From: an uncultured archaeon
Lineage (GTDB): Archaea; Thermoproteota; EX4484-205; JAAOZP01
Length of the DNA stretch: 61,726 bases
Assembly: GCA_938045545.1 (NCBI GenBank)
Contig: CALIBN010000018.1
Location: 1 to 61,726 of the forward strand
Direction of reading: 5' to 3'
In this document: one piece after another, positions 29,764 to 38,248 of the stretch
Numbering within the stretch: the stretch's first letter is position 1
Layout of the letters: every line of letters begins with the position of its first letter
The notes under the pieces: model-generated
The model's database searches: none
What the model saw: only the letters and a program-made list of their open reading frames with translations
Told to the model about the DNA's origin: nothing
Translations under genes and position numbers: made by a program

Positions 29764-29970
29764 GTTTTAGAAGGAAAATGGAAGTGTTCTTGCAGAGCCG
29801 GATCAGGGCCGAGGGTTGGAACCCGCAAGCATTCTTAAACACGAGGTTCTAACGTGCTACAACGTGACAGGTATGGAGGAGCAAGATAATGAGGGGTTTG
29901 AACGCGTACTCCGGAGAGCTTAAAACTTTAAATAAAAGACTGGGAGGAAAGGGGTGAAGAGGATAAAAAT

Positions 29971-31227
29971 ATGCTTATAAAATTTCTCGGTGGAGTACGT
30001 GAAGTAGGAAGATCCGCTATTTACCTGGCGGGCAGGGAGAAACGCCTCCTCCTAGATGCTGGAGTAATGCTTTCAGGGAGGCAGGTTAAATACCCCATGC
30101 ACATCCCGCCCAGGGAAGTAGACGGCATAATTGTAACGCATGCCCATCTGGATCATGTTGGAGCTGCTCCCATATTTTTCATAAGCGGAGTAAGAGAGTC
30201 TTTCCTAACAAGTTTAACAGCGCCGCTTGCCAAACTGATACTGCTGGATTTCATCAGGGTTTCGAAAGAAACTGTTCCGTTTGAAGTTCTTGAAGTAGAC
30301 AGGTTCATAAGCAAGTCGAGAAAGCTTGGTTATCAGGAGGAGTTCTCTCGAAACGGTTTTAAACTTGTCTTCCTGTCAGCAGGCCATACTCCCGGAGGAG
30401 GACAGGTTTTGCTCGAGCTTGACGGGAGGAGGGTGCTTTACACTGGAGACATTAACACGATTGAAACAACCCTGTTGAAGGGCGCTTACACTGATTACCC
30501 CCCGGTCGACATAGCTATTGTTGAAAGCACTTATGCGAATAAGAATCATCCCCCCAGGGAGGAGGTTGAAGCGAGCTTCGTCAGAAAGCTTAGTGAAACT
30601 GTCGAAAGAGGCGGCATAGCGCTTGTCCCAGCATTCGGGCTGGGGAGGTCTCAGGAAGTGATAACAATACTTGCTAAACACGATTTCCCCCACAACGTAT
30701 ATTACGATGGCATGGCTAGGACTGTGACGGAGATACTTTTCGATTTCCCAGAATGGTTGTCCAACCCTGATCTGCTCGAGAAAGCAGCCAAGCAAGTAAC
30801 ATGGATAACTACGCAGAGGCAGAGGGAAGGGGCTTTAAAGAGGCCCGGCGTGATCGTCACGCCAGCCGGGATGCTTCAAGGAGGCCCCGTTAACTTCTAT
30901 CTTAAAGAGGTTGGGAAGTCAGACAGAAACCTAATAGCGTTCGTCAGTTATCAGGTTGAAGGAACACCAGGGAGGCTTCTTCTAGAGAAGAAAATAGTGA
31001 CGGTGGATGGGAAACTGGCTAAGGTCAAGGCTGAAGTAAAGCATTTCGAGCTCTCTTCGCACAGCGGGAAGGATCAGCTTGAAGAACTGATAAGCAGGAT
31101 TAAGGCGGAGAAAACTTTCATAGTCCACGGTGATTCAGATAACTGTGAGAAACTGGCTGAATACGCTAGAAACCGTCTCGGGCTTGACGCAGTAGCCCCG
31201 GAGCTGGGGGAAAGCTATACTGTCTAA
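29971..31227 (+). CDS. MBL-fold beta-CASP ribonuclease (aCPSF2-like)
   Basis: THAHLDHVG, AGHTPG, YTGD, ESTY, GRSQE, SSHSG, VHGD. No KH domains. Confidence 0.88.
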   Translation: MLIKFLGGVREVGRSAIYLAGREKRLLLDAGVMLSGRQVKYPMHIPPREVDGIIVTHAHLDHVGAAPIFFISGVRESFLTSLTAPLAKLILLDFIRVSKETVPFEVLEVDRFISKSRKLGYQEEFSRNGFKLVFLSAGHTPGGGQVLLELDGRRVLYTGDINTIETTLLKGAYTDYPPVDIAIVESTYANKNHPPREEVEASFVRKLSETVERGGIALVPAFGLGRSQEVITILAKHDFPHNVYYDGMARTVTEILFDFPEWLSNPDLLEKAAKQVTWITTQRQREGALKRPGVIVTPAGMLQGGPVNFYLKEVGKSDRNLIAFVSYQVEGTPGRLLLEKKIVTVDGKLAKVKAEVKHFELSSHSGKDQLEELISRIKAEKTFIVHGDSDNCEKLAEYARNRLGLDAVAPELGESYTV

Positions 31228-31251
31228 CGGAAGCTGAGAACATATGGGGAA

Positions 31252-31343
31252 TGGGCCGGGCCGGATTTCCGATTGATTCCATTCTCGAACCGGCGACCTC
31301 CGCTGTGTGAGAGCGGCGTCCTAGCCATCTGAACGACCGGCCC
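31252..31343 (-). tRNA. tRNA-Val(CAC) with an 18-nt intron in the T-loop, position 59/60 (31266..31283)
   Basis: GGGCCGG/CCGGCCC acceptor stem, CCGCT-CTCACAC-AGCGG anticodon arm, T-loop TTCGAG[intron]T. BHB central helix TTCG/CGGA. Confidence 0.9.
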
Positions 31344-31694
31344 GGTTAAAAGCTCAACACCTGTTTTATATTCTTTTCTGTGCCCCCTTGCCAATACACC
31401 AAATACTAACCTGATTAGCCCCATGTTTCTGAGGGGGAATAAATTGCGAATGAGGCCCATGTAGCCTGTATTGCGAGAACCCGTTAGTCGGCCTCGATGA
31501 GATGAGAAACTCAAGGCTCCATGGGCCCGCGTAAATTGACAAACTTCGGGTTAACCCGAATCCTAAATTTCATAGCAAGCATGGCCTTCCGTTTCTATTG
31601 AGTTTCAACAAATACCTACTATCATCGCTATTGTTGCGGAATGCTCTCCCTCTGAGATTGGGTTACGCTAAGAGGCCCGGTTTAACGGATAACT

Positions 31695-31797
31695 ATGGAA
31701 AATAGTAGACTCAAAGGTCAAGAGGCGTCTCATAGAGTCCCTAGATTACCTTAGGAATATGGACTTCTGCGCGGAAGCTCCCATGGTCCTTTTGTGA
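31695..31797 (+). pseudogene. Remnant similar to the ORF at 61499
   Basis: DSKVKRRLIESLDYLRNMDF aligns by eye with MSDVKQRFLESITYLRKLGF. The ATG is out of frame by one base in an A run. Confidence 0.5.
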
Positions 31798-31809
31798 ATG
31801 CAAACCTCA

Positions 31810-32181
31810 TTAGGGCCTTGGCGCTATCTACTCCTAAGTCCTTCTTTAGCCTTATCGGACTTTCAAGTGGAATCTCCGGAATCAGGCGGAGAAGCGTGAT
31901 ATCCTGGAGGTTTCAGCTACATAATTCTAACATCAGGCTTAGCTTATAGTACGTATCCACCTTAGGAGGGGTGAACCTGCCTGATTTGATACAGGCCGAG
32001 GCAAGAGACAAGTGCTGCACTTCAGAGTTACTCCCATGATCTTAACCTTTTCCATAACGCACTTGTAAACTAGGCATAGAATCCTTCTCGAAAGATGACA
32101 CCCGACGCACAGCCCGAGTTTGAGATAATCACATTTATGGCACGACTTTCCACACCTTAAAGGGCCATGTGGAACACGCAT
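31810..32181 (-). pseudogene. Decayed paralogue of the Cys-rich TGT-like gene at 37136
   Basis: Similar Cys spacing (CGKSCHKCDY..LCVGC..CLVYKC versus CGFDCRGCPY..LCRGC..CLIAQC). After a frameshift and an in-frame TGA it continues DITLLRLIPEI versus KIGFERFIPQI. Confidence 0.6.
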
Positions 32182-32347
32182 CCCTATTAAAACTAGTTGT
32201 CTTTCCTTTAAAGTTTTTAGAGTTAAGAATACCGCAAGACCTTTGTCATCTTTCGCTATTTACCTTTTCATACCACGCTCTTGTGAGATTCAAACATGCT
32301 AAGAGATTAGTCGATATGATTTTAAGCGCGCACTAAGACTATTCGTC

Positions 32348-32515
32348 CTACTTCTTAGCCCTCCTCTCAGTCCTCTTCGGCCTTAAATTTTTGCTATGAC
32401 ATTTTCTACACTTCTTCGCGTTAATAGCGTTCCTAGCACCGCAGTTCCTGCATATCATGAACCGCAGTCTCCGTTTCTTGACGATCTCGATCAGCACCGG
32501 GTCGCTTATCTTCAT
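32348..32515 (-). CDS. rpl40e: 50S ribosomal protein L40e (not in ORF track)
   Basis: MKISDPVLIEIVKKRRLRFMICRNCGARNAINAKKCRKCHSKNLRPKRTERRAKK. Confidence 0.92.
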   Translation of the reverse strand: MKISDPVLIEIVKKRRLRFMICRNCGARNAINAKKCRKCHSKNLRPKRTERRAKK

Positions 32516-32611
32516 GCGCCAAATCAAGCTCCAGATTAGTATTTAAAAGGTTTACGCAGCTTACGGAAGGAGGGAAGATTTAAAAAGAGTTTATAGCCCT
32601 CAAGACAGTGC

Positions 32612-33109
32612 ATGAAAATACCTTTCTGCGATTTCTGCGTGAAAAGCGGAATCTTATGCCAGAAATGCAGAGAGCTCATAGACACCGGTAAGAATAGTGA
32701 TTTGGATTTAACAATATCAAGGATCCTGCTTGAGGAAGCCAGCAGGATCCGCGAGCTTGAAAAAATCGAGTTTAAGAAGGCCCATGTTGAAGACGGGGTT
32801 CTACTTATTTTAAGCGATAACGACGGGGTGAGGATTCTCAGGGATAGGAAGGAGATTGCAGAGAGAATAATACGGGATACCGGCGTCGAGAAAATAATAG
32901 TTGTGGATTATAGGAAGGACCAGAAGAGGAAACTTGAGGAACTCCTATACCCGTCTAGAATAGTTGGCTTAAGCAAGGTGTGGCTTCCAGGCAACATCAC
33001 TGAGTTTAAAATCATGGTTGAGGGGAAAGAGCTGGATGAGAAGCAGGTTCAAAAGCTTGAGAGGCTCGCTAAAAAACTAGGTGTTAACGTCAGGATTCAG
33101 ACTACTTGA
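32612..33109 (+). CDS. Archaeal NusA-like paralogue with N-terminal Zn finger
   Basis: MKIPFCDFCVKSGILCQKC and LLYPSRIVGLSKVWLPG pattern. Confidence 0.7.
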   Translation: MKIPFCDFCVKSGILCQKCRELIDTGKNSDLDLTISRILLEEASRIRELEKIEFKKAHVEDGVLLILSDNDGVRILRDRKEIAERIIRDTGVEKIIVVDYRKDQKRKLEELLYPSRIVGLSKVWLPGNITEFKIMVEGKELDEKQVQKLERLAKKLGVNVRIQTT

Positions 33110-33121
33110 AGATGATGGAGA

Positions 33122-34414
33122 ATGTTTGGAGACAGGAAAAGAAGCGTTGACATAACGCTTGAAGACGAGGGCGAGACGGTTAGGGTCTATGGTTGGGCGC
33201 TTGACAGAAGGGACCTTGGCGGAGTCAAGTTCATCGTTCTAGCAGACCGTTGGGGCAGGATACAGATAACCTGGGTCAGGGGCAGATCCAACCCTGGTGT
33301 TGAGAGCATGCTTGACAGCATAAAGCTCAACGACGTGATAGAGGTGATTGGAAGAGTAAGGAGAACACCCCAGGCCCCCAGGGGGCTTGAAATAGATCCT
33401 GTTGAAATAAGGATTTTAAACGCTTCTGAACACCCGTTGCCACTGGATCCTACTGACAGGATTAAAAGCAGCCTGGACGTTAGGCTGGACGCGCGGCCAT
33501 TGGATGTTTTCAGGCCAAGGGTCAGAAGCATCTTCGTAATTAAAAGTGCTCTTCTACAGGTGTTAAGAGACTTCTTCCATGAAAACGATTTCGTCGAAAT
33601 AATCACTCCCAGGATAATAGCTTCTGCAACAGAGGGCGGGGCAGCCCTCTTCCCCCTGCCTTATTTTGACAAGATAGCTTACCTCGCCCAAAGCCCTCAG
33701 CTTTTCAAGGAGCAAATGGTAATAGGCTTTGAAAGAGTTTTCGAAATAGGCCCGTTTTTCAGGGCTGAGCCCTTTAACACGACTAAGCATTTGAACGAGT
33801 TTACCTCAGTAGATGTTGAAGTCGCTTTTGCTGACATGGAGGACGTTATGGTTATCTGCGAGAAAATGATAAAGCATGTTCATGAGAAGATGGTTGAAAA
33901 ATGCAGAGATGAGTTTGAAAACTTAGGTTTAAAAATAAGAATCCCGGAGACTCCGTTGAAAAGATTCAAGTACAGCGAGATTATCTCGATGCTTAACGAG
34001 AAGGGGGTTAAAGTAGGTTTCGGAGACGATGTTGGAAGCGAGGAGTTGAAGAGCCTTGAAGAGCTGAAAGAGGAGTACTATTTCATAACTCACTGGCCGA
34101 GTAAAATCAAGCCTTTCTACATAAAGGTCAACCAAGACGGTACTTCGCAATCCTTCGACTTGAACTACGGCCCGTTGGAGCTGGGCTCCGGTGGAACCAG
34201 GGAGGAGAACAAGGAGAAGCTTGTGAGCCAGTTGATAGAGAAAAACCTGAATCCAAGCGACTTCTCGCATCATTTGAAGGCTTTCGGATACGGTATGCCT
34301 CCTCATGCAGGATGGGCAATAGGTCTTGAAAGGCTTTTAATGAGCATACTTAAGCTCGATAACATTAGGGAGGCAACGCTATACCCGAGGGACAGGTTCA
34401 GACTGGAACCCTAG
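33122..34414 (+). CDS. aspS: Aspartate--tRNA ligase (archaeal type, probably non-discriminating)
   Basis: RDLGG, YLAQSPQLFK, FRAE, GMPPHAGWAIGLERL. Confidence 0.93.
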   Translation: MFGDRKRSVDITLEDEGETVRVYGWALDRRDLGGVKFIVLADRWGRIQITWVRGRSNPGVESMLDSIKLNDVIEVIGRVRRTPQAPRGLEIDPVEIRILNASEHPLPLDPTDRIKSSLDVRLDARPLDVFRPRVRSIFVIKSALLQVLRDFFHENDFVEIITPRIIASATEGGAALFPLPYFDKIAYLAQSPQLFKEQMVIGFERVFEIGPFFRAEPFNTTKHLNEFTSVDVEVAFADMEDVMVICEKMIKHVHEKMVEKCRDEFENLGLKIRIPETPLKRFKYSEIISMLNEKGVKVGFGDDVGSEELKSLEELKEEYYFITHWPSKIKPFYIKVNQDGTSQSFDLNYGPLELGSGGTREENKEKLVSQLIEKNLNPSDFSHHLKAFGYGMPPHAGWAIGLERLLMSILKLDNIREATLYPRDRFRLEP

Positions 34415-35433
34415 CCCTCTTCACCGTAGGCTTCTTCCTCAACGTCAGCTATACCGTTCTCAGTGATTTTAAACAGGCATTCTCCCTCAGGCCTATCCAG
34501 GCTAACTATCAGCCTGGCGACTCTCAAACCCTGTTCACCCCTAGCCTTACGCAAGTATATTCTCGTGTGGCTCCTGTGTGCAAGAATGTGGCCGCCAACA
34601 GGATACGCCCCCATTCCGAAGATCTCGTCAGGCTTAGCCATAACCTGGTTGGTGACAACGATCACAAGGTTGAAGGCTTTAGAAAGACGCTCAAGCCTGT
34701 GAAGATGGGCGTTCAGCTTCTGCTGTCTTTTAACAAGGCTCTCCCTGCCCAAGTATTCGCTTCTGAAGTGGGTGGTAAGGGAGTCGACTATGACGAGCTT
34801 CACCCTCTTACTCTTAACGATTTCATCGAGACGTTCAGCTATGAGTATCTGATGGTCCGAGTTAAAGGCTTCAGCCACAGTGATGTTTTCAACAGTCTTA
34901 ATCGGATCCAGCTTCAGATACTTAGCCATTGCGACAATGCGCTCAGGCCTGAAACTGTTTTCAGTATCGATGTAAACAACGTTTCCATTTAAACCCCCTC
35001 TTTCCACAGGCAGCTGAACATTAACAGCAAGCTGATGGCTTATCTGGGACTTCCCTGTCCCATACTCCCCGAAGAACTCTGTTATCGTCATTGTCTCCAG
35101 CCCTCCTCCTAGGAGAGCATCCAGCTTCTTACTCCCCGTGGTAAGCTTCTGAATGTGCTCCCGCTGCTTAAGAATTTCTAGGGCTGAAACGAATTTAACC
35201 TCAATACTGCTTCTCGCCAATGATATTATCTTGGCGGCGGTCTTATCAGGAATGCCACCGCCTACAAGCTCGTTTACAGTAGCCGTCGCCAATGCTTCAA
35301 CAGTAGTGTAACCCAGCTCCTTGAGCTTAGCGGCAGTAGAGGGACCTATGCCTGGTATGTCCTCTATTGATTCGAAAACCTCCACTTCCCTAGATTCCTC
35401 CTCGCTCTCTTCCCCGGTTTTCCTCCTAACCAT
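34411..35433 (-). CDS. radA: DNA repair and recombination protein RadA
   Basis: N-terminal HhH (IPGIGP), GEYGTGKSQ, YIDTENSFRPERI, GGHILAH. Confidence 0.95.
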   Translation of the reverse strand: MVRRKTGEESEEESREVEVFESIEDIPGIGPSTAAKLKELGYTTVEALATATVNELVGGGIPDKTAAKIISLARSSIEVKFVSALEILKQREHIQKLTTGSKKLDALLGGGLETMTITEFFGEYGTGKSQISHQLAVNVQLPVERGGLNGNVVYIDTENSFRPERIVAMAKYLKLDPIKTVENITVAEAFNSDHQILIAERLDEIVKSKRVKLVIVDSLTTHFRSEYLGRESLVKRQQKLNAHLHRLERLSKAFNLVIVVTNQVMAKPDEIFGMGAYPVGGHILAHRSHTRIYLRKARGEQGLRVARLIVSLDRPEGECLFKITENGIADVEEEAYGEEG

Positions 35434-35548
35434 GATTTTTTCCTTCTGTTTAAACTAATAGGTTCTTCGAATGGTAGCTTATAAATGTGAAACTGATTCT
35501 CCGCAAAGGGTTTTCAAGCTTATAACTCCAGTATAGTGGAAACTTCAG

Positions 35549-36238
35549 ATGACCAGCGATTACCGTGGGGAGGTCCGTAGGCTCTACGACACCATATCCG
35601 AGGAGTTTGATAAAACGAGGGTTAGACCAGACCTCTTTCTTGAAAAACTGGTTGACAGAGGTTTTTTAAGGGAAGCCGGCTTAATACTTGACAATGGTTG
35701 CGGAAACTGCAGGAACCTGAAAGCGCTTAGAGGCAGAACTATGGTTGCAGGAGACTTTTCGCGAAACATGCTTAAACAATGCGTGAAAAACGCTTCTGGA
35801 AGAGAGGTTCACTATGTGCAGTACGAGTTAACACACCTGCCTTTCAGGAACAGGGTTTTCGACAGCATAATATGCATTTCAGCAATACACCATTTGAGAG
35901 AGAACGATGCGGAGAAGGCTCTCAGAGAGATGAGAAGGGTTCTGAGCGACAGGGGATGGATGCTTGCCTCCTCATGGTCGATAAAGACGACTAGGGATAG
36001 GAAGTTTCTACGCAGGGCTAGAAGGATCAGTGGGAACTATTTCATGGTAAACTGGGGGCCGCATAGAAGATTCTACTTCCTCATCGACGGGAAAACCTTT
36101 AGCAAGATGTGTAATAAGGCAGGCTTCAGAGACGCGATTACCCTAGAATACGGTATGAACAATTACAGCCTAGTGGACAGGAGAACCAGAGAAGCCGGAG
36201 CACGTGGAGAGGCTTCAACTGATAAAAATAATAGATGA
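35549..36238 (+). CDS. Class I SAM methyltransferase (Trm9-like); C-terminal tail supplied by the island repeat
   Basis: YDTISEEFDKTR, LDNGCGNCRN, LPFRNRVFD, ISAIHHL. Confidence 0.8.
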   Translation: MTSDYRGEVRRLYDTISEEFDKTRVRPDLFLEKLVDRGFLREAGLILDNGCGNCRNLKALRGRTMVAGDFSRNMLKQCVKNASGREVHYVQYELTHLPFRNRVFDSIICISAIHHLRENDAEKALREMRRVLSDRGWMLASSWSIKTTRDRKFLRRARRISGNYFMVNWGPHRRFYFLIDGKTFSKMCNKAGFRDAITLEYGMNNYSLVDRRTREAGARGEASTDKNNR

Positions 36239-36239
36239 G
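36191..36239 (+). repeat. 49-bp direct repeat, copy 1
   Basis: GAAGCCGGAGCACGTGGAGAGGCTTCAACTGATAAAAATAATAGATGAG. One mismatch to 39077..39125. Confidence 0.95.
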
Positions 36240-36337
36240 CAAAGGGAGAACACAATGCCCTATTAGGCCTCTCATATATGTGTAGTCACTAAAAGCACGA
36301 GATTGCTTCATTACCTTCAGATCTTGAAAGATCGCTC

Positions 36338-37024
36338 TTATATCCGATCAAGCCAGACATGAACTTCATCCTCCCAAGTTTCTACATCCTCGATCTCAAG
36401 ATCGTCGACGCTTACGTTTAACTTATAACCCAAGACCCGCTCTGCCAGACCTTCCTTTATTAACTTATTAGTTAAAGAATCTAAAAACTCCTTTGTATCC
36501 GAGAAAAAGTGATGAACAACTTCGATAAGTATCTTGTTGGCCCGATGGGATTCTAATTCACAAAGTAGGCAGATCTCTGGAATGAATACTACTTTTTTAC
36601 CTTTCATAACTTCCCTAACCCTAGGATCCACGCCGAACTTCTCAGCGATATTTTTCATCAGCTCCTCTAATTTGCTTTCCACTTTTTCCATCGGATCCCG
36701 ATACTGCATGCTAGCCGAGGAGACGGAATTAATCAATTGAACCACAACAAAATCCACTTTGGTACTTCCCTGAAGGAGTGTCACGTCGAATAGGTGCTGA
36801 GCCAGATTACCAATACCTTTAGGACTGGTTACAAATGCGGTGACGGTATAGATAATTCCCTCCTTTCTCTCTCTTGCCAGAATCCACACGCCGCATTCTT
36901 TAACGCTTTCATTCCACCTTTTGCTAACATACTTCTCACAATTCCTTCCGACATCCTTGAATTCCTCACCCCAATACCAGACAGTAACACCTTGCCCCTT
37001 TCCCTCTCCTTCCCTTGTGTTCAT
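36338..37024 (-). CDS. Hypothetical protein (island)
   Basis: Clean 228-aa ORF divergent from the TGT-like gene. No motif recognised. Confidence 0.7.
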   Translation of the reverse strand: MNTREGEGKGQGVTVWYWGEEFKDVGRNCEKYVSKRWNESVKECGVWILARERKEGIIYTVTAFVTSPKGIGNLAQHLFDVTLLQGSTKVDFVVVQLINSVSSASMQYRDPMEKVESKLEELMKNIAEKFGVDPRVREVMKGKKVVFIPEICLLCELESHRANKILIEVVHHFFSDTKEFLDSLTNKLIKEGLAERVLGYKLNVSVDDLEIEDVETWEDEVHVWLDRI

Positions 37025-37135
37025 TCACTGACTTTATTCAATTAAGACCTATTTATATGCTCCGATACTGATGCTACAATTATCACCAGAGGATACAAGA
37101 AAGAGTTTTATTCTAGCTCAATTTTTAGGGTCGTA

Positions 37136-38248
37136 TTGCCTAGAAAAGGATGGTGCGGCTTTGATTGCAGGGGATGCCCGTATTTTCATAAGCTCTGCCG
37201 TGGTTGTTCTTTCAAAATGTGCCTCATAGCACAATGCCAGAGAGGTTTCCAATATACCGGAATAACCTATCCCAAATCCTTCTGCAGGCTCCGGCCTTAC
37301 TGCCCAATTAAAACGGCAAATAGACCCTCTGTGCAAATATCTTCATTAAGCAAAAGGTCTATGACCAAAATCGGTTTCGAAAGATTCATCCCTCAAATCG
37401 ATATCAGTGATAAAAAGTCGTGGTTCTGGAGGCATGGCGTAGAATTGCCAGAAATATTTGTTCCTCTTTGGCAGCTCTTGATTAATGAGAACCTCCTTGA
37501 AGATGTCTCCTCAAAAGGCTTGCATGACTTCTTAGGGTTTAATGGAAAGATTTTCCTTTCGATGGTGATGCCAGACGAGCTTCTCGATAAGCTTAGGCTT
37601 AAGGATTATTTCAGGCTGGTTGAAAATCTTGGGCCGGATGCTACAATGATTCCAGACAACTACACTTACGTAGATGACCCGCTTTTCCTATCATGGTCTC
37701 AGACAGTTAAACTCGTTTCCCTCGCCAACGACTTCCTAAAGCTGGACACACCCTTAATCGGCTTGATTAAGGGTTCTAATCCTCTTCAGGTTGATTGGGC
37801 TATTAGGAGGCAGGTTGAAATGGGCTACGTTTCCTTCGCGATGCCCGCTAGAGAACTTTTAGAGGATAACCTGCTTGACGATCTTTTACCTGGGGCCATT
37901 ATGAGCCTTAAATGGATCTCGAAGAGGACTAAAACGGATTTCGAGCTATTAGTATATGGCGTAGGCCGTAGGCTGAAATATGGAGGGCTTAGCTACAGCA
38001 ATCTTTTTTGGTTTCTAGAGGCTAAACAAGGACACTACTTTAAAGGAGGAAAATTGTACAGCTTCAAAGATCCGGAAATCAGGTTTGAAGAGTGCACTTG
38101 TGAAGCATGTAGAGGGATGATGCCGCAGGAATTGATCGACCTGATGCTATGCGATAAGGAGCTGGGTCTCAAGACACTTGCTCTCCACAACCTACTCGAC
38201 ATGAATAGAGCTTTTAACGAGAGGAAGGTAAATGGGCGGGGGCTCTAG
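37136..38248 (+). CDS. Cys-rich N-terminal domain fused to a divergent tRNA-guanine transglycosylase (TGT)-like fold
   Basis: GLHDFLGFNGKIF, LGPDATMIPD, LIGLIKG, LLVYGVG and C-terminal Zn site CTCEAC...LALHNL. The DSGG motif is absent. Confidence 0.65.
   Translation: MPRKGWCGFDCRGCPYFHKLCRGCSFKMCLIAQCQRGFQYTGITYPKSFCRLRPYCPIKTANRPSVQISSLSKRSMTKIGFERFIPQIDISDKKSWFWRHGVELPEIFVPLWQLLINENLLEDVSSKGLHDFLGFNGKIFLSMVMPDELLDKLRLKDYFRLVENLGPDATMIPDNYTYVDDPLFLSWSQTVKLVSLANDFLKLDTPLIGLIKGSNPLQVDWAIRRQVEMGYVSFAMPARELLEDNLLDDLLPGAIMSLKWISKRTKTDFELLVYGVGRRLKYGGLSYSNLFWFLEAKQGHYFKGGKLYSFKDPEIRFEECTCEACRGMMPQELIDLMLCDKELGLKTLALHNLLDMNRAFNERKVNGRGL

Noticed and set aside
29795-29830. tRNA fragment or att site (GCCGAGGGTTGGAACCCGC)
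   Set aside because: Only a loose T-arm resemblance, with no acceptor stem or match to tRNAs in the window.
31224-31514. 96-aa ORF, and similarly ORFs 10026..10418, 10283..10600, 55937..56143 and 55999..56199
   Set aside because: They overlap tRNA genes and show no protein features.
35479-35494. Sulfolobus-type ANTTTC damage-response element before the radA TATA box
   Set aside because: A degenerate hexamer is expected by chance, and I could not find it at equivalent positions before the pilus or TFB genes.
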